Positions 1 to 10,428 of a stretch of 35,583 nt of DNA are shown piece after piece. The stretch spans positions 6,442,013 through 6,477,595 of the forward strand of contig NC_069002.1 of NCBI RefSeq assembly GCF_001194135.2. Reading direction: 5' to 3'. The notes under the pieces are model-generated. The model made no database searches. It had not been told where the DNA came from and saw nothing but the letters and a program-made list of their open reading frames with translations. Source of the stretch: Octopus bimaculoides. Taxonomy: Eukaryota. Every line of letters starts with the position of its first letter. Positions within the stretch are counted from its first letter, which is position 1. Made by a program: the position numbers and the translations under genes.

Positions 1-59
<59 letters not shown>

Positions 60-540
60 TATAAGTAAATATGTGTATATAAATATATATATATATTTTT
101 ATGTAGAATTATATCAGTAGATACGACAGTGATTATGGTAACAACAAAAAATGTATGGTGGAGGTTTGTATTTGTGTGTGTATTTTGCAATGTTTGTCTC
201 CAATTTTTTTTCCACAAATCTGTAGCAGTTATCTGCTCTCTGTCCCCTCCTCCCGTTCCTGCCATGCCACTCACCTTCATCTGGTTCTTCTACAGCTGAC
301 ATGCAAACTTGCTGGTATGGGGGGGGGTTAGCTTCCCCTCTGCCTTCATTGCCTCCCCCCCCATCTACACTCCACCACACACCTCTGGGTCATTCTCCTT
401 GACACACAATAAGTGTAGCGGGACTCGTGGAATGTAGCAGTGGTCTGCGTCCAGCCGTATGTTTGTTCGGTCTGTGCGTCTGGTAATTAGTGAGTATAAA
501 CAGTTCATAAGTTCAAGTTTTGTCTGCTGTGATTTGGATA

Positions 541-722
541 ACTCTTTTACTCTTTTTACTCTTTTACTCGTTTCAATCTTTTGATTGTGGCCATGCTGGA
601 GCACCACCTTTAGTCGAGCAACTCGACCCCAAGACTTATTCTTTGGAAGCCTAGTACTTATTCTATCGGTCTCTTTTGCTGAACCGCTAAGTTACGGGGA
701 CGTAAACACACCAGTATCGGTT
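541..722 (-). mobile_element. tRNA-derived SINE family A, 3' half
   Basis: Matches copies at 16551 and 26815 (cagtcatttgactg..gccatgctggagcacc..agtacttattctatcgg..gtaaacacacc) with a (TCTTTTA)n tail. Confidence 0.85.
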
Positions 723-865
723 TATGATTTTGTTTTTTTTTTAAAACATTTCTGGCTTGTGTTTTGATTGTTTTATTACCATATTCCTTTTGAAGTAATA
801 AGTTCTTTTCTTTTTCAAATAATTTTGGTAATAATGAAAAATTCATTAAAATAACTTTGTCATTA

Positions 866-1069
866 TTACACTTTTTTTACCGTATGTTCTGTTTCTTTCA
901 ATTAATTTTAGATAAAACAAAGAATTTAGTAAAATAACTTAGTTATCATTAAGCTAGTGTTAGGAACATAAATTGTGACTAAGGTTTGTTGAAAGATTTT
1001 AATTCAAAACTTTTGAAAACAAAGGCATTTGTACTACAGAGCCAGCTGGGTTGGTAACGAAAGGGTTAA
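866..1069 (-). mobile_element. piggyBac-like TTAA MITE (family E), one end decayed
   Basis: Ends GTAACGAAAGGG|TTAA; body is the reverse complement of 34213-34432. An older related fragment lies at about 770-860. Confidence 0.85.
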
Positions 1070-1129
1070 GGTGGTGAGGTGGCAGAATGATTAGCATTTA
1101 CTGTATTCTTTTATTCTTTCAAACATTCT

Positions 1130-1423
1130 TTTTTAAGCCCAGTACTTATTCTATCGGTTACTTTTGCAGAACCACTAAGTTAAGGGGATGTAAACACACC
1201 AACATCGGCTGTCAAACAGTAGTGGGAGGAGCCAAACAACAAACACATACACACACATATATATTCGGCAGGCTTCTTTCAGTTTCCGTCTACCAAATCC
1301 ACTCACAAGGCTTTGGTCGGCCCGGGGCTATAGTAGAAGACACTTGCCCAAGGTGCCACGCAATCGGTCTGAACCCGGAACCATGTGGTTGGTAAGCAAG
1401 CTACTTACCACACAGCCACTCCT
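1130..1423 (-). mobile_element. tRNA-derived SINE family A with intact head
   Basis: Reverse complement starts GGAGTGGCTGTGTGGTAAG..GGTTCAGACC (pol III A/B-box-like), then gtggcaccttgggcaagtgtc, which resembles the CORE-SINE domain. Confidence 0.85.
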
Positions 1424-2022
1424 GTTCATGTATTTCATTTATATAATGTATATGCGCTTGTGTACAATGTGTGTGTGTGTGTGTTGCAACAAATTCGACT
1501 CTTCTCTAGTATTGAGTCATCTCACCAGCAATTTCTCAATTGTTATTCTTAAACCGCTGACCTTGTAATAAAACAAACACACACACACAAATGGAATGCG
1601 AGAGAGAGAGAGAGAAAGGAAAACGTTTTAAGTATGGCTAAATGTATGTAAAAAATAAGAAATATTAGCTGGTGACTAATCTCCTTAAGTACAGTTTTTA
1701 CGATTATTGTGATGATGCTGATGATGATGCTGCCTCCTTCATCATCATCATCCTCATTATCTTCATTATCTTAATCATTGTAATGATCGTCAGCATATCT
1801 CTCTTTAGTGCTTTATAGCCATTGGCAGTCATCTATCCTCCTCCATAGGCATCCGTACTCTTCCGAAGTGGGACAACTTGCAATGGGCTGTTCAATATGT
1901 AGTATTGATTTCCGAGAAGACAAGGGCCAATTGTATATCTTACTTTGTATATGTATGTGTCTGTTTATGTGTATGTATGTGTGTCTGTATATGCATGTGT
2001 ATGTATATGTATGCATATGTAT

Positions 2023-2255
2023 TATTTCTTTACTGCCCACAAGGGGCTACACACAGAGGGGACAAACAAAGACAGACAAACGGATTAAGTCGGTTATATC
2101 GACCCCAGTGCGTAACTGGTACTTATTTAATCGACCCCGAAAGGATGAAAGGCAAAGTCGACCTCGGTGGAATTTGAACTCAGAACGTAGCAGCAGACGA
2201 AATACCGCTAAGCATTTCGCCCGGCGTGCTAAAGTTTCCGCCAACTCGCCGCCTT
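2023..2255 (-). mobile_element. tRNA-derived SINE family B, full-length young copy
   Basis: Near-identical to 4540 and 28739; B box GAGTTCAAATTCC; flanked by tatgtatgcatatgtat at 2006-2022 and 2257-2273 (possible TSD, but in low-complexity DNA). Confidence 0.9.
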
Positions 2256-2538
2256 GTATGTATGCATATGTATGTGTATGTACGTGTATATGTGGGTCTG
2301 TATATGCATGTGTGTGTATATGTATGCATATGTATGTGTATGTGTGTCTGTTTATGTATATGTATGTGTATATGTGGGTCTGTATATGCNNNNNNNNNNA
2401 TGCATGTGTGTGTATATGTATGCATATGTATGTGTATGTGTGTCTGTTTATGTATATGTATGTGTATATGTGGGTCTGTATATGCATGTGTGTGTATATG
2501 TATGCACATGTATGTGTATCTATGTGTATGTATGTGTA
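2256..2538. repeat. (TATG/TGTG)-type compound repeat, reiterated across a 10-N gap
   Basis: Near-identical blocks on both sides of 2390-2399; may be partly an assembly duplication. Confidence 0.7.
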
Positions 2539-2859
2539 GGAGAGCAAGAGATGTGCTGGTGTTGTGTTTAAGAAATCTGGTTTACAAATATGGAGCTCCT
2601 GCTTCACTCCCAGCAACCGTTTAGGGGCATCTCGGGTAGGCGTCTTCAACAGGTTTGGGTTGACCATAATGTCTTGTTTGTAGAATTTGGGCGATGGGAG
2701 CTCTGGAAGCTTAACGCATATATTTGTGTGTGTATATATATGTATATTTATATGTATGTGTGTTTATATATAGGCACAGGCATGGCTGTATGGTAAGAAG
2801 TTTGCGTCCCAACCACATGGTTCCCGGTTCAGTTCCCTCTTCAAACTTCAGCCATGCTG

Positions 2860-3230
2860 CTTTTTGCAGATTGCCATGGCTCTCTGTCACCATTTAATTC
2901 CATCATTATGAATTTGAATTGGGAGGCGTGAATTATAACGAGTCTTGAGTCTTTCATTAGCTGATTACACAACCATGTATAGATAGATTGCAGTAACTCT
3001 CTTGATAAGAGCTTCGTGATTCTAACCATTAATCTAGGATTCCTCTGCTGAGTACCAATGTAAGAAGTACCGTTGGCTCAGTTGAGCTCTTCCACTGCCT
3101 CTTCACAATCTGCCATGCTGCAATCCCATTACTTGGCCATATATCTAGCAGGGTGGCTGAACGGGTGCTATGCGGGGCACAGTTATCACTCCGTGAGGTA
3201 TCTTCAAAATACCTGCATACCATTCGTGAT
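2860..3230 (-). mobile_element. Probable decayed LINE ORF C-terminal remnant
   Basis: Reverse strand, with frameshifts and stops, reads roughly YGQVMGLQHGRL..R..RITKLLSRELLQSIY, resembling the post-RT WYGHV.R region. Weak. Confidence 0.35.
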
Positions 3231-3544
3231 GGAAACCATTAGAATTATAAAGGAACGACACTAGGCTGGTTTGTTCTTGTAATGGCCTGAAATAATGGAG
3301 GATAATGTTACATTATTTTTATTACTACGTGTCTGGGGATATTTTTGGAATTTATGGATATTTTTAATTACATCTCTATGGATATTGTTCGTTTTACTGT
3401 AGAGAAATTTAATCTGGTCGTTTATTTTTCTTTGTCTTTTCATCATCATCAGCATCGTCATCATAATCATAATCACTGTCATCATCATCACTGTCATTTA
3501 ATCATTATCACACCTCCTCCTCCTCCACATCCTCTTTTCTCGTC

Positions 3545-3830
3545 CATTTCTTGCAACGGTTGGACACATGTCATCTCTTCCACAGCATTTCAATATGTAT
3601 TCTACTCTTTCGTGTTCTTTATGAGCTTCAGCCTCTTGGGGAAGTCGCTTCCACGACCACTTCCTCTCAAGTCTTCTTCAGTTTTCTTCTTCTGCCAATT
3701 TGTTCCACGCGACTATTTCTTTCTTGGATTATCTTCCACCCAACCAAACTGCATCACAAGGTCCCATCCATACCAGTTCATTTGTCTTCCTTGCACATTA
3801 TGTCTGTTCCTTCTCAATAACAGAGATTTG
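3545..3830 (-). mobile_element. RTE-clade LINE 3' ORF remnant
   Basis: Reverse strand gives NVQGRQMNWYG and later aagacttgagaggaagtggtcg (a decayed KTWEEVV); homologous to 4380-4850. Confidence 0.65.
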
Positions 3831-4379
3831 CTTAACAAGTACAGGTCGTCGTCGGCTTACCACAATTGGTTCCGACTGACTGGTTGTGAGCAGATTTTGT
3901 TGTAAGTTGGCCTATAAGCCTACATAGCTTTGTTATTTACTTTTACATTCTTAAGATACATCTTCAGGTAAAAGTCGCACATAACATTCTGTATTATATT
4001 ACAACAGTGTTATTTGTCCAAACTCTCATGCAGTCATCTTATAAACAAATACGAGCTTGCCTCGATGTCTCTGCGACAGGATATTCATCCAACATTTGTG
4101 ATAACCACAGTAGGGATCAATAGTCAAACCTAGGGGAAGCATTTGTTAGTTGACATCATCCGTAGATGGGTTAATTTCTAGGAAATTAAACCCATTAGAT
4201 TTCAACTGGACTATTTATTATTGCTGCCGGGAGCTTGCGCGCCAATCATCGTAAAGTTGATTGGATGTAAGTCGAATAGGTTGTAAGTCGACGACGACCT
4301 GTATGTGGTTTCATGTAGCTCTTAAGCAAGCTTCTTAACCACACAGCCATATCTGTGCCTATTGCAATGTTGGCATAGC

Positions 4380-4850
4380 ATGCATGAACAAGACAGCAGG
4401 AATGAGCTGAGAGAAGAACTGAACATAAAAGAAATTAGATGTTTAATATTCAAAGGAGACGACTGAGCTGGTATGGAACTTGTGAATGCATTTGGAGGAT
4501 AACATGGCAGTATGGGTGGGTGAAGATGATCCATGATAGGGCGTCGAGCTGGCAGAAACGTTAGCAAGCTAGGCAAAAATCTTAGCGGTATTTCGTCTGC
4601 CGCTACGTTCTGAGTTTAAATTCCGCCGAGGTCGACTTTACCTTTTCATCCTTTCGGGGTCGATTAAATAAGTAACAGTCACGCACTGGGGTCAATATAA
4701 TCGACTTAATCCATTTGTCTGACTTTGTTTGTCCCCTCTGTGTCTAGCCCTTTGTGGGCAGTAAAAAAAAAAAAAAAAGATGATCCAAGAAATATTTAAG
4801 GAGAGCAAATGGGCAGAAGAAGACTTGGGAGGAAGTGGTGGAAGTCATTC
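4380..4850 (+). mobile_element. RTE-clade LINE 3' ORF remnant interrupted by a SINE
   Basis: Frameshifted translation NELREELNIKEIRC..RRLSWYG..GQKKTWEEVV matches the RTE C-terminal pattern (RLRWYGHV...RGRPKKTW). Confidence 0.75.
4540..4778 (+). mobile_element. tRNA-derived SINE family B, full length with poly(A) tail
   Basis: Matches 2023 and 28739; flanked by AAGATGATCCA at 4523-4533 and 4777-4787. Confidence 0.9.
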
Positions 4851-5122
4851 ATAAGAGGCTGAAGCTGCTGTATGGCACATTGGGCAAGTGTCTTCTATAG
4901 CCCTGGGCTAATCAAAGCTTTGTGAGTAAATTTAGTAGATAGAAGCTGTATAGAAACATATCTCCTCTCTCTGTTTCTCTCTCTGTCTGTCTGTTTCTCT
5001 TTCTGTCTTACCCCCTCTCTCTGTTTAGGCTTTCTCTCTTTCTCTCTCTGTTTTGGTCCTCTACCTCAGTCTCAGCCCTCTTTCTTTCGCTGTCTCTTGG
5101 CCCACTCTCTTTTCTTCCCTCT

Positions 5123-5177
<55 letters not shown>

Positions 5178-5345
5178 TGATACCCTCTGGCTTTGTTTGT
5201 CACAACCTGTGCTAAATTGTGATAAGATGCTTTACATTCCTTGTCGACATTATGTCTGGTCACACTACACTTTTGAAGATTAATGTAATCAAAAACTATT
5301 TTGAAGATTAATGTAATCAAAAAACTATTGCTTACTTAAGAAACG

Positions 5346-5575
5346 TGAAGGCGCATGGCCTAATGGTTAAGATGTTGGGCTCATTATTGTAAAATTGTGG
5401 TTTTGGTTCCTGGACTGGGTGAGATACATTGTGTACTTGAGCAAAACACCTTCGTTTTGCATTGTTTCAATTCACTAAGCTAGCAATAATGACTAATCCT
5501 TTGATGGATTAGTGTCCTGTCCAGGTGGGGATTATACGTGCCATGAAAACTGGGAAACCAGCCCTTATGAGTCTG
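5346..5575 (+). mobile_element. Old tRNA-headed SINE (distinct tail)
   Basis: GGCGCATGGCCTAATGGTTAAG head, cttgagcaaaacac core, gatggattagtgtcctgtccagg tail segment. Confidence 0.55.
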
Positions 5576-6300
5576 GGAAGGATCTTTATCCTTTATCTTT
5601 ACTTGAGAAATAGATAAGAGCAAGGGTATCTGGCCATAGAATGCTGCCTCAAGTAATTGCCCTTCTGACACGAGCCGGCATGGACAATCCTTATCATCAT
5701 TTAATGTCTACTTTACCATGCTTGCCCACGTCAGACGGAATTCGTTGCCTTTCCTATTGCCAACCCTCACCTGTTTCGTAGCAAAGTAATATCTTCTCAT
5801 AGCTAGATAGGGAACACTGAATAGGAAACTACCTAACTTGTATGTTGATGATGCTTAATTAACAATCATCCCGTGATAGGTGTTAAACAAATGAACAATT
5901 ATACAAAGAGCAGAGCAGAGCATGCTTCCTTTATCTCGTTCCAACATTTTAGCATGCCTCCATCAGCTACTTACCATATTTTACTATCCTGCAATATGGC
6001 ATTGTGCAATATCTGCCCTTCATTCCACAGAAAATGTCTGTTACCTAACAAAGATCATAACACTTGCTTCATTCCTTTCCAACCTTAGAACATCTTGAAC
6101 AGCTATTTGCCGTGTATTACCGTCTTGCAATATGACATTCTTGTACACAAATGTTATGCAGTCTGCCTTTCATTTCACACAGTGAACCACTTGGTTTTCC
6201 AGTAAACGTATTAAACTTGCTAAGATGGAAATGTATATATGACTGATGGAAATGGAAACGTATATTTGGAGGAGGAGGAGGAGGAGGAGGAGGAGGAGGA

Positions 6301-6590
6301 NNNNNNNNNNNNNNNNNNNNNNNNNNNNNNNNNNNNNNNNNNNNNNNNNNNNNNNNNNNNNNNNNNNNNNNNNNNNNNNNNNNNNNNNNNNNNNNNNNNN
6401 NNNNNNNNNNNNNNNNNNNNNNNNNNNNNNNNNNNNNNNNNNNNNNNNNNNNNNNNNNNNNNNNNNNNNNNNNNNNNNNNNNNNNNNNNNNNNNNNNNNN
6501 NNNNNNNNNNNNNNNNNNNNNNNNNNNNNNNNNNNNNNNNNNNNNNNNNNNNNNNNNNNNNNNNNNNNNNNNNNNNNNNNNNNNNNNNNN
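6301..6590. other. Assembly gap preceded by (GGA)n. Other gaps: 18835-19307, 22231-22984; 10-N gaps at 2390, 12844, 28119, 30333
   Basis: N runs. Confidence 0.99.
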
Positions 6591-6704
6591 CCCACCATCC
6601 AGACTGTTTCCCAATCATGTGTATGTGCATCACATGTGTCTGTCAGAGTGCAGCTGCAACTGTTACACGTTCCGTACATCAGCTGATGCGTTTTGATATT
6701 TCTC

Positions 6705-6791
6705 CCACCCCTGTCTCTCACTACTTTCCCTCCACCCCTGTTTCTCACTACTTTCCCTCCATCCCTGTCTCTCACTAGTTTCCCTCCACCC
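6705..6791. repeat. 27-bp minisatellite, about 3.2 copies (ccacccctgtctctcactactttccct)
   Basis: Units at 6705, 6732 and 6759, partial at 6786. Confidence 0.9.
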
Positions 6792-7126
6792 ACTCACTGG
6801 CAGTTTTTTTTTGTTTTTTTTTCTTTCTCTGCAAGTCAGCGAACTGCGCACAAGCAGCAGAAAGCTGTGACCTTTTCCACAGATGTTGTTATGGTTGAGG
6901 TGCACTGAATGCCCTTAGCGCTAAACGCTTCTCCAAATCAGCACCCCTGAGCGATCCAGCAAACCCGTCATGAAAGGCATTTGATAGTGACCATCCTACC
7001 AGAATGTTCTATGTTTGGCTATCTTTTATCTTTTCTCTCTTGCTTGTTACAGTCATTTGACAGTGGGCCATGCTGGGGCACCACCAAAAAGGGTTTTAGT
7101 CAAACAGTTCTTGTCTCTTTGAAGAT

Positions 7127-7247
7127 CAGTGTTTCTCAACCATCTCTTTGCCCTCGGCCCTTTTTTGACCCCCTCCCCCCGCCCCGCAAAAGAACATGCA
7201 CCTTACCCATCTATGCTCTATGCCCCTCTTTAATTTGAGAAACCCTA
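7127..7247. mobile_element. Short hAT-like MITE remnant
   Basis: CAGTGTTTCTCAAC ... TTTGAGAAACCCTA (11/14 inverted match); no convincing 8-bp TSD. Confidence 0.45.
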
Positions 7248-8146
7248 ATCTGGAGCATCTTGTCAACATCATCTCATTGTAGACTGTCTGACACTGGTGG
7301 CAAAAATAAAAACCCATCACCTATAAAGTCATGCTTTTTGAAAGAAACCCCTACCATTCATATACATCGTGGTGAGACAAAAAACCACTGACCATCAAGC
7401 ACAGCACGGAACTCGGAACTCCCTCAGTTGGGGACTGCCTGATAAATTGTGACTTCTTTGTCCTGTTACCACTGTGAGTGATTTGAGGAAGATTTGACTG
7501 TCATTTCTAGCGAGTCAGTGCACCACATCGATGTTCTTTCATTCATTTCTCATAAACAGCACATTAGTTAACTTACAGGTCTAGATACATTTCCTTTTCT
7601 TACTAGATTACTCCTTCCAGTAATTACGTAACTGAATTACACTGTGATAATGCGTTGTTAAAATTTATTGCCCCACTTTTTAACGGCAACCAGTATCTCA
7701 TTATCTTCAAAGATTGGTCGCAGGAATACTTTGGTTTAGATATTATTATTATTATTATTGTTATTATTATTGTTATTTCGTATTTATGTTTGAAGAAGAG
7801 AAGAGGGTAGGTAGGTAGAGGGGGCAGGACGAATGACCTAAAACAGGTTCTCCAAAGATTTGCGTGGCACAAAAAACAAGATCGTGCATGACTGTCCATT
7901 AGCATGTGGTACCACTGGGTTGGAGTACTGTTGATGGGGGTGGCAGCAGCGGTGGTGGTGGTGGTGGTGGTGGTAGTGGGTGTAGTGTTTGTGCAGTAAG
8001 AAAAATTGTAAACAAAACAAATTAAATTTGTGTATCCTTGAAACTAGATAGCCTTTTTGTTTTGTTTTTTTTGTACCAAATCCTGCAAAAAAAAAAAAAC
8101 ACCTCCACCCCCATCAGCCATGTCCTACTTTGATTTTCAAAACAAC

Positions 8147-8177
8147 TGTGTATCTCAACCACAACCACCACTATCAA

Positions 8178-8219
<42 letters not shown>

Positions 8220-8258
8220 CACCACCACTACCATCATCATCATCATCATCATCATCAT
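8147..8258. repeat. (CAC)/(CAT)n compound microsatellite
   Basis: Direct reading; source of the poly-His, poly-Met and poly-Ser ORFs. Confidence 0.95.
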
Positions 8259-8914
8259 CTTGACAGTGTATTAGTATTGGGCTTTCTTCTTGCAAAGATA
8301 CAGTCTGCTTGGCCAATTGGTTAAGAAACTCTCCTTGCAGTCATGACATTCTAGGTTCAGTCCTACTGCCTGGCATCTTGATTGAGTGTCTTTTACCACA
8401 ACATTTGGTCAAAGCATGTCTTGTAAATGAAATCGAGCGGATGGGATCTGTGAGTGAATCTGGCTTTATCTCCCTCTTTTTTTTAATTGTGTAGGCCCGT
8501 AAATGACCTCGCTCGAATGATTTTCTAACGTGCCACCAGCACAAGTGCTAGAAGGCGACTCTGGTAGCAATTACGCTCAAATGGTGCTATTTACGGGCAC
8601 ATAGTGCCCCTGTTAAATCACCATGATATTATGAACGCATCATGCAATCTTAATATTCTCTATAATAGTTATTGATTTTTTTTTTTAACAATTTATTACT
8701 TCGTACGCATTCAATGTACTTTGATAATTTGTACTTTTTTTCCTCATTTTTTCTTCATTTCCTTCATGGTAAAACCTTCTTGCATATTGTCTTCTACTCA
8801 TTCACTCTGTCACTCCCCACCCTCACTTCCCACCCTGTGTTCCTTCTCTTTCACTTTCTCTTTCTCTTTCACTTTCTCTACATGCATTCCTTTTCCTATA
8901 CTGTTCTTTCACCC

Positions 8915-9190
8915 TGCCTCTCTCAGTCTCTCTCTCTCTCTCAGTCTCTCTCTCTCTCTCAGTCTCTCTCTCTCAGTCTCTCTCTCTCTGTCTTTCTCTC
9001 CCTCTCAGTCTCTCTGTCTCTCTCTCAGTCTCTCTCTGTCTTTCTCTCTCTCTCTCAGTCTCTCTCTGTCTTTCTCTCTCTCTCTCAGTCTCTCTTTCTC
9101 AGTCTTTCTCTCTCTCTGTCTTTCTCTCTCTCTCAGTCTCTTTCTCTCTCTCAGTTTCTCTCTTTCTCTCTCTCAGTCTCTCTCTCTCTC
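8915..9190. repeat. (CT)n tract punctuated by about 12 TCAGTY motifs, within a larger pyrimidine-rich block (about 8860-9520)
   Basis: Counted 11 TCAGTC and 1 TCAGTT. Confidence 0.9.
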
Positions 9191-9522
9191 CACTCTTTCC
9201 ACTCTTACTCTTTCAATCTCTTCCTCTTCCCTCTCCCCAGTCTTCCATCTCTCTGTCTTTATGCCTTCCTCCTCTGCCACCTCTTTTACTGCTCCACATT
9301 CTGCTTTTGCTTTCCTACTTTCATTTACTATTGTTTCATCATGTCTTTCTTTCTCTCTCTCTTTCTCTCCCTAATGTCCTCCTCTCACTCTTCTCCTGTA
9401 CTCTTCTATCCCTTTCTGTGTTGAGTGCTCCGTTTGTGGTTTTGTTACTAATTTGTTATCTCAAGTATATTCCTTGCTATTCCAGACTGCTCTCGGCTCT
9501 CGACTCTCTCTCTCTCTATTGA

Positions 9523-9539
9523 TCAGTCAATCGACGTCG
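9523..9539 (+). promoter_or_regulatory. Candidate core promoter/TSS: initiator-like TCAGTC followed by the palindrome CGACGTCG
   Basis: Sits where a ~650-bp C/T-rich tract switches to an A/C-rich stretch running to the ATG. TCAGTY is the Drosophila-type Inr consensus. No transcript data. Confidence 0.3.
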
Positions 9540-9950
9540 GAGAACTAAAACAGACTTTCAGGCAGCTAAAAAAAACCTACATTTTTACCTAATAAAAAAA
9601 CAAACAAACAAACAAAAAAAAATACAAAACAAAACAACTAAAAGACAAGAAAAACAAAAGCAAGCATACAAAAAAAAAGAGCAAAAAACAGGAGCAATTC
9701 CATATCTGTGAAAACCAACTGAAGAAACTAAAGACGAAATCAGCAACAACGACATACGTACAACAACTACAACATCAACAACAAAAATGGTTGAAAAGAG
9801 ACTTTGACAAAAGACCAACAACAACCACAACAATTATACAAAGATAACTTTGTAATATTTTTGTTGTGTGTGTGTGTAGTGATTATTTAAACTTCCACCT
9901 GTGTCCGTCTGGTGTTTTAATCTACAAAGCCAAATATAGTCAAAGACAAA

Positions 9951-10428
9951 ATGACGAAAGAAAAGTTTAAAATTCCGACCTCTGAGCCGGACGCTACAGA
10001 CAGCAATGAAGATACTTCAGTGAATTTGAAACCGAAAATGAGCCTCCTCAACGGAGTAACAGTCATTGTAGGGAGTATCATTGGATCGGGCATTTTTGTC
10101 AGCCCCAAAGGAGTACTAATGGAAGCTGGTAGTGTTGGATCTTCTTTGATTATCTGGTCAGCGTGTGGCATCTTCTCCATGATTGGAGCTTACTGTTACG
10201 CTGAGCTTGGGACTCTCATAGTGCGGTCGGGCGCCGATTACGCCTACATTTTTGAAGCATTTGGTGAATTTCCAGCATTCCTCCGTCTCTGGGTGGAGTG
10301 TATGATTGTCCGGCCTTGCTCTCAGGCCATTGTTGCATTGACGTTTTCATATTACATAATCGAACCTTTGTTTCCTGACTGCGAGCAACCGGGCGTGGCA
10401 GTTCGTCTCCTTGCAATTGTTTCTATAT
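9951..10428 (+). CDS. SLC7 coding exon 1 (MTKEKF...RLLAIVSI, phase-1 donor)
   Basis: ATG in AAAATGA context; ORF-track translation carries the TM1-TM3 motifs; donor T|GTAAGT at 10429. Confidence 0.95.

Noticed and set aside
260-330. Minus-strand donor-like AAG|GTGAGT with a short open frame (SAVEEPDE)
   Set aside because: No recognisable protein similarity or partner exons; such motifs arise by chance.
1808-2667. Long ORFs rich in C/V/Y/M or H/T/I
   Set aside because: Translations of (TATG/TG)n microsatellite and a SINE, spanning an N gap.
3345-3905. 186-aa plus-strand ORF
   Set aside because: Antisense to an RTE remnant and includes a (CAT)n tract; no protein motif.
5271-5329. About 29-bp direct duplication (ttttgaagattaatgtaatcaaaaactat)
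   Set aside because: Simple two-copy slippage duplication with no further structure.
6117-6793. ORFs spanning N runs (also 18723-19503 and 22094-23017)
   Set aside because: Artefacts of assembly gaps.
7935-8258. (GGT)n followed by (CAC/CAT)n as a possible hairpin
   Set aside because: Both microsatellites are abundant across the window, and the region is upstream of the predicted TSS.
8672-9424. 250-aa and 217-aa Ser/Leu-rich ORFs
   Set aside because: Translations of the (CT)n tract.
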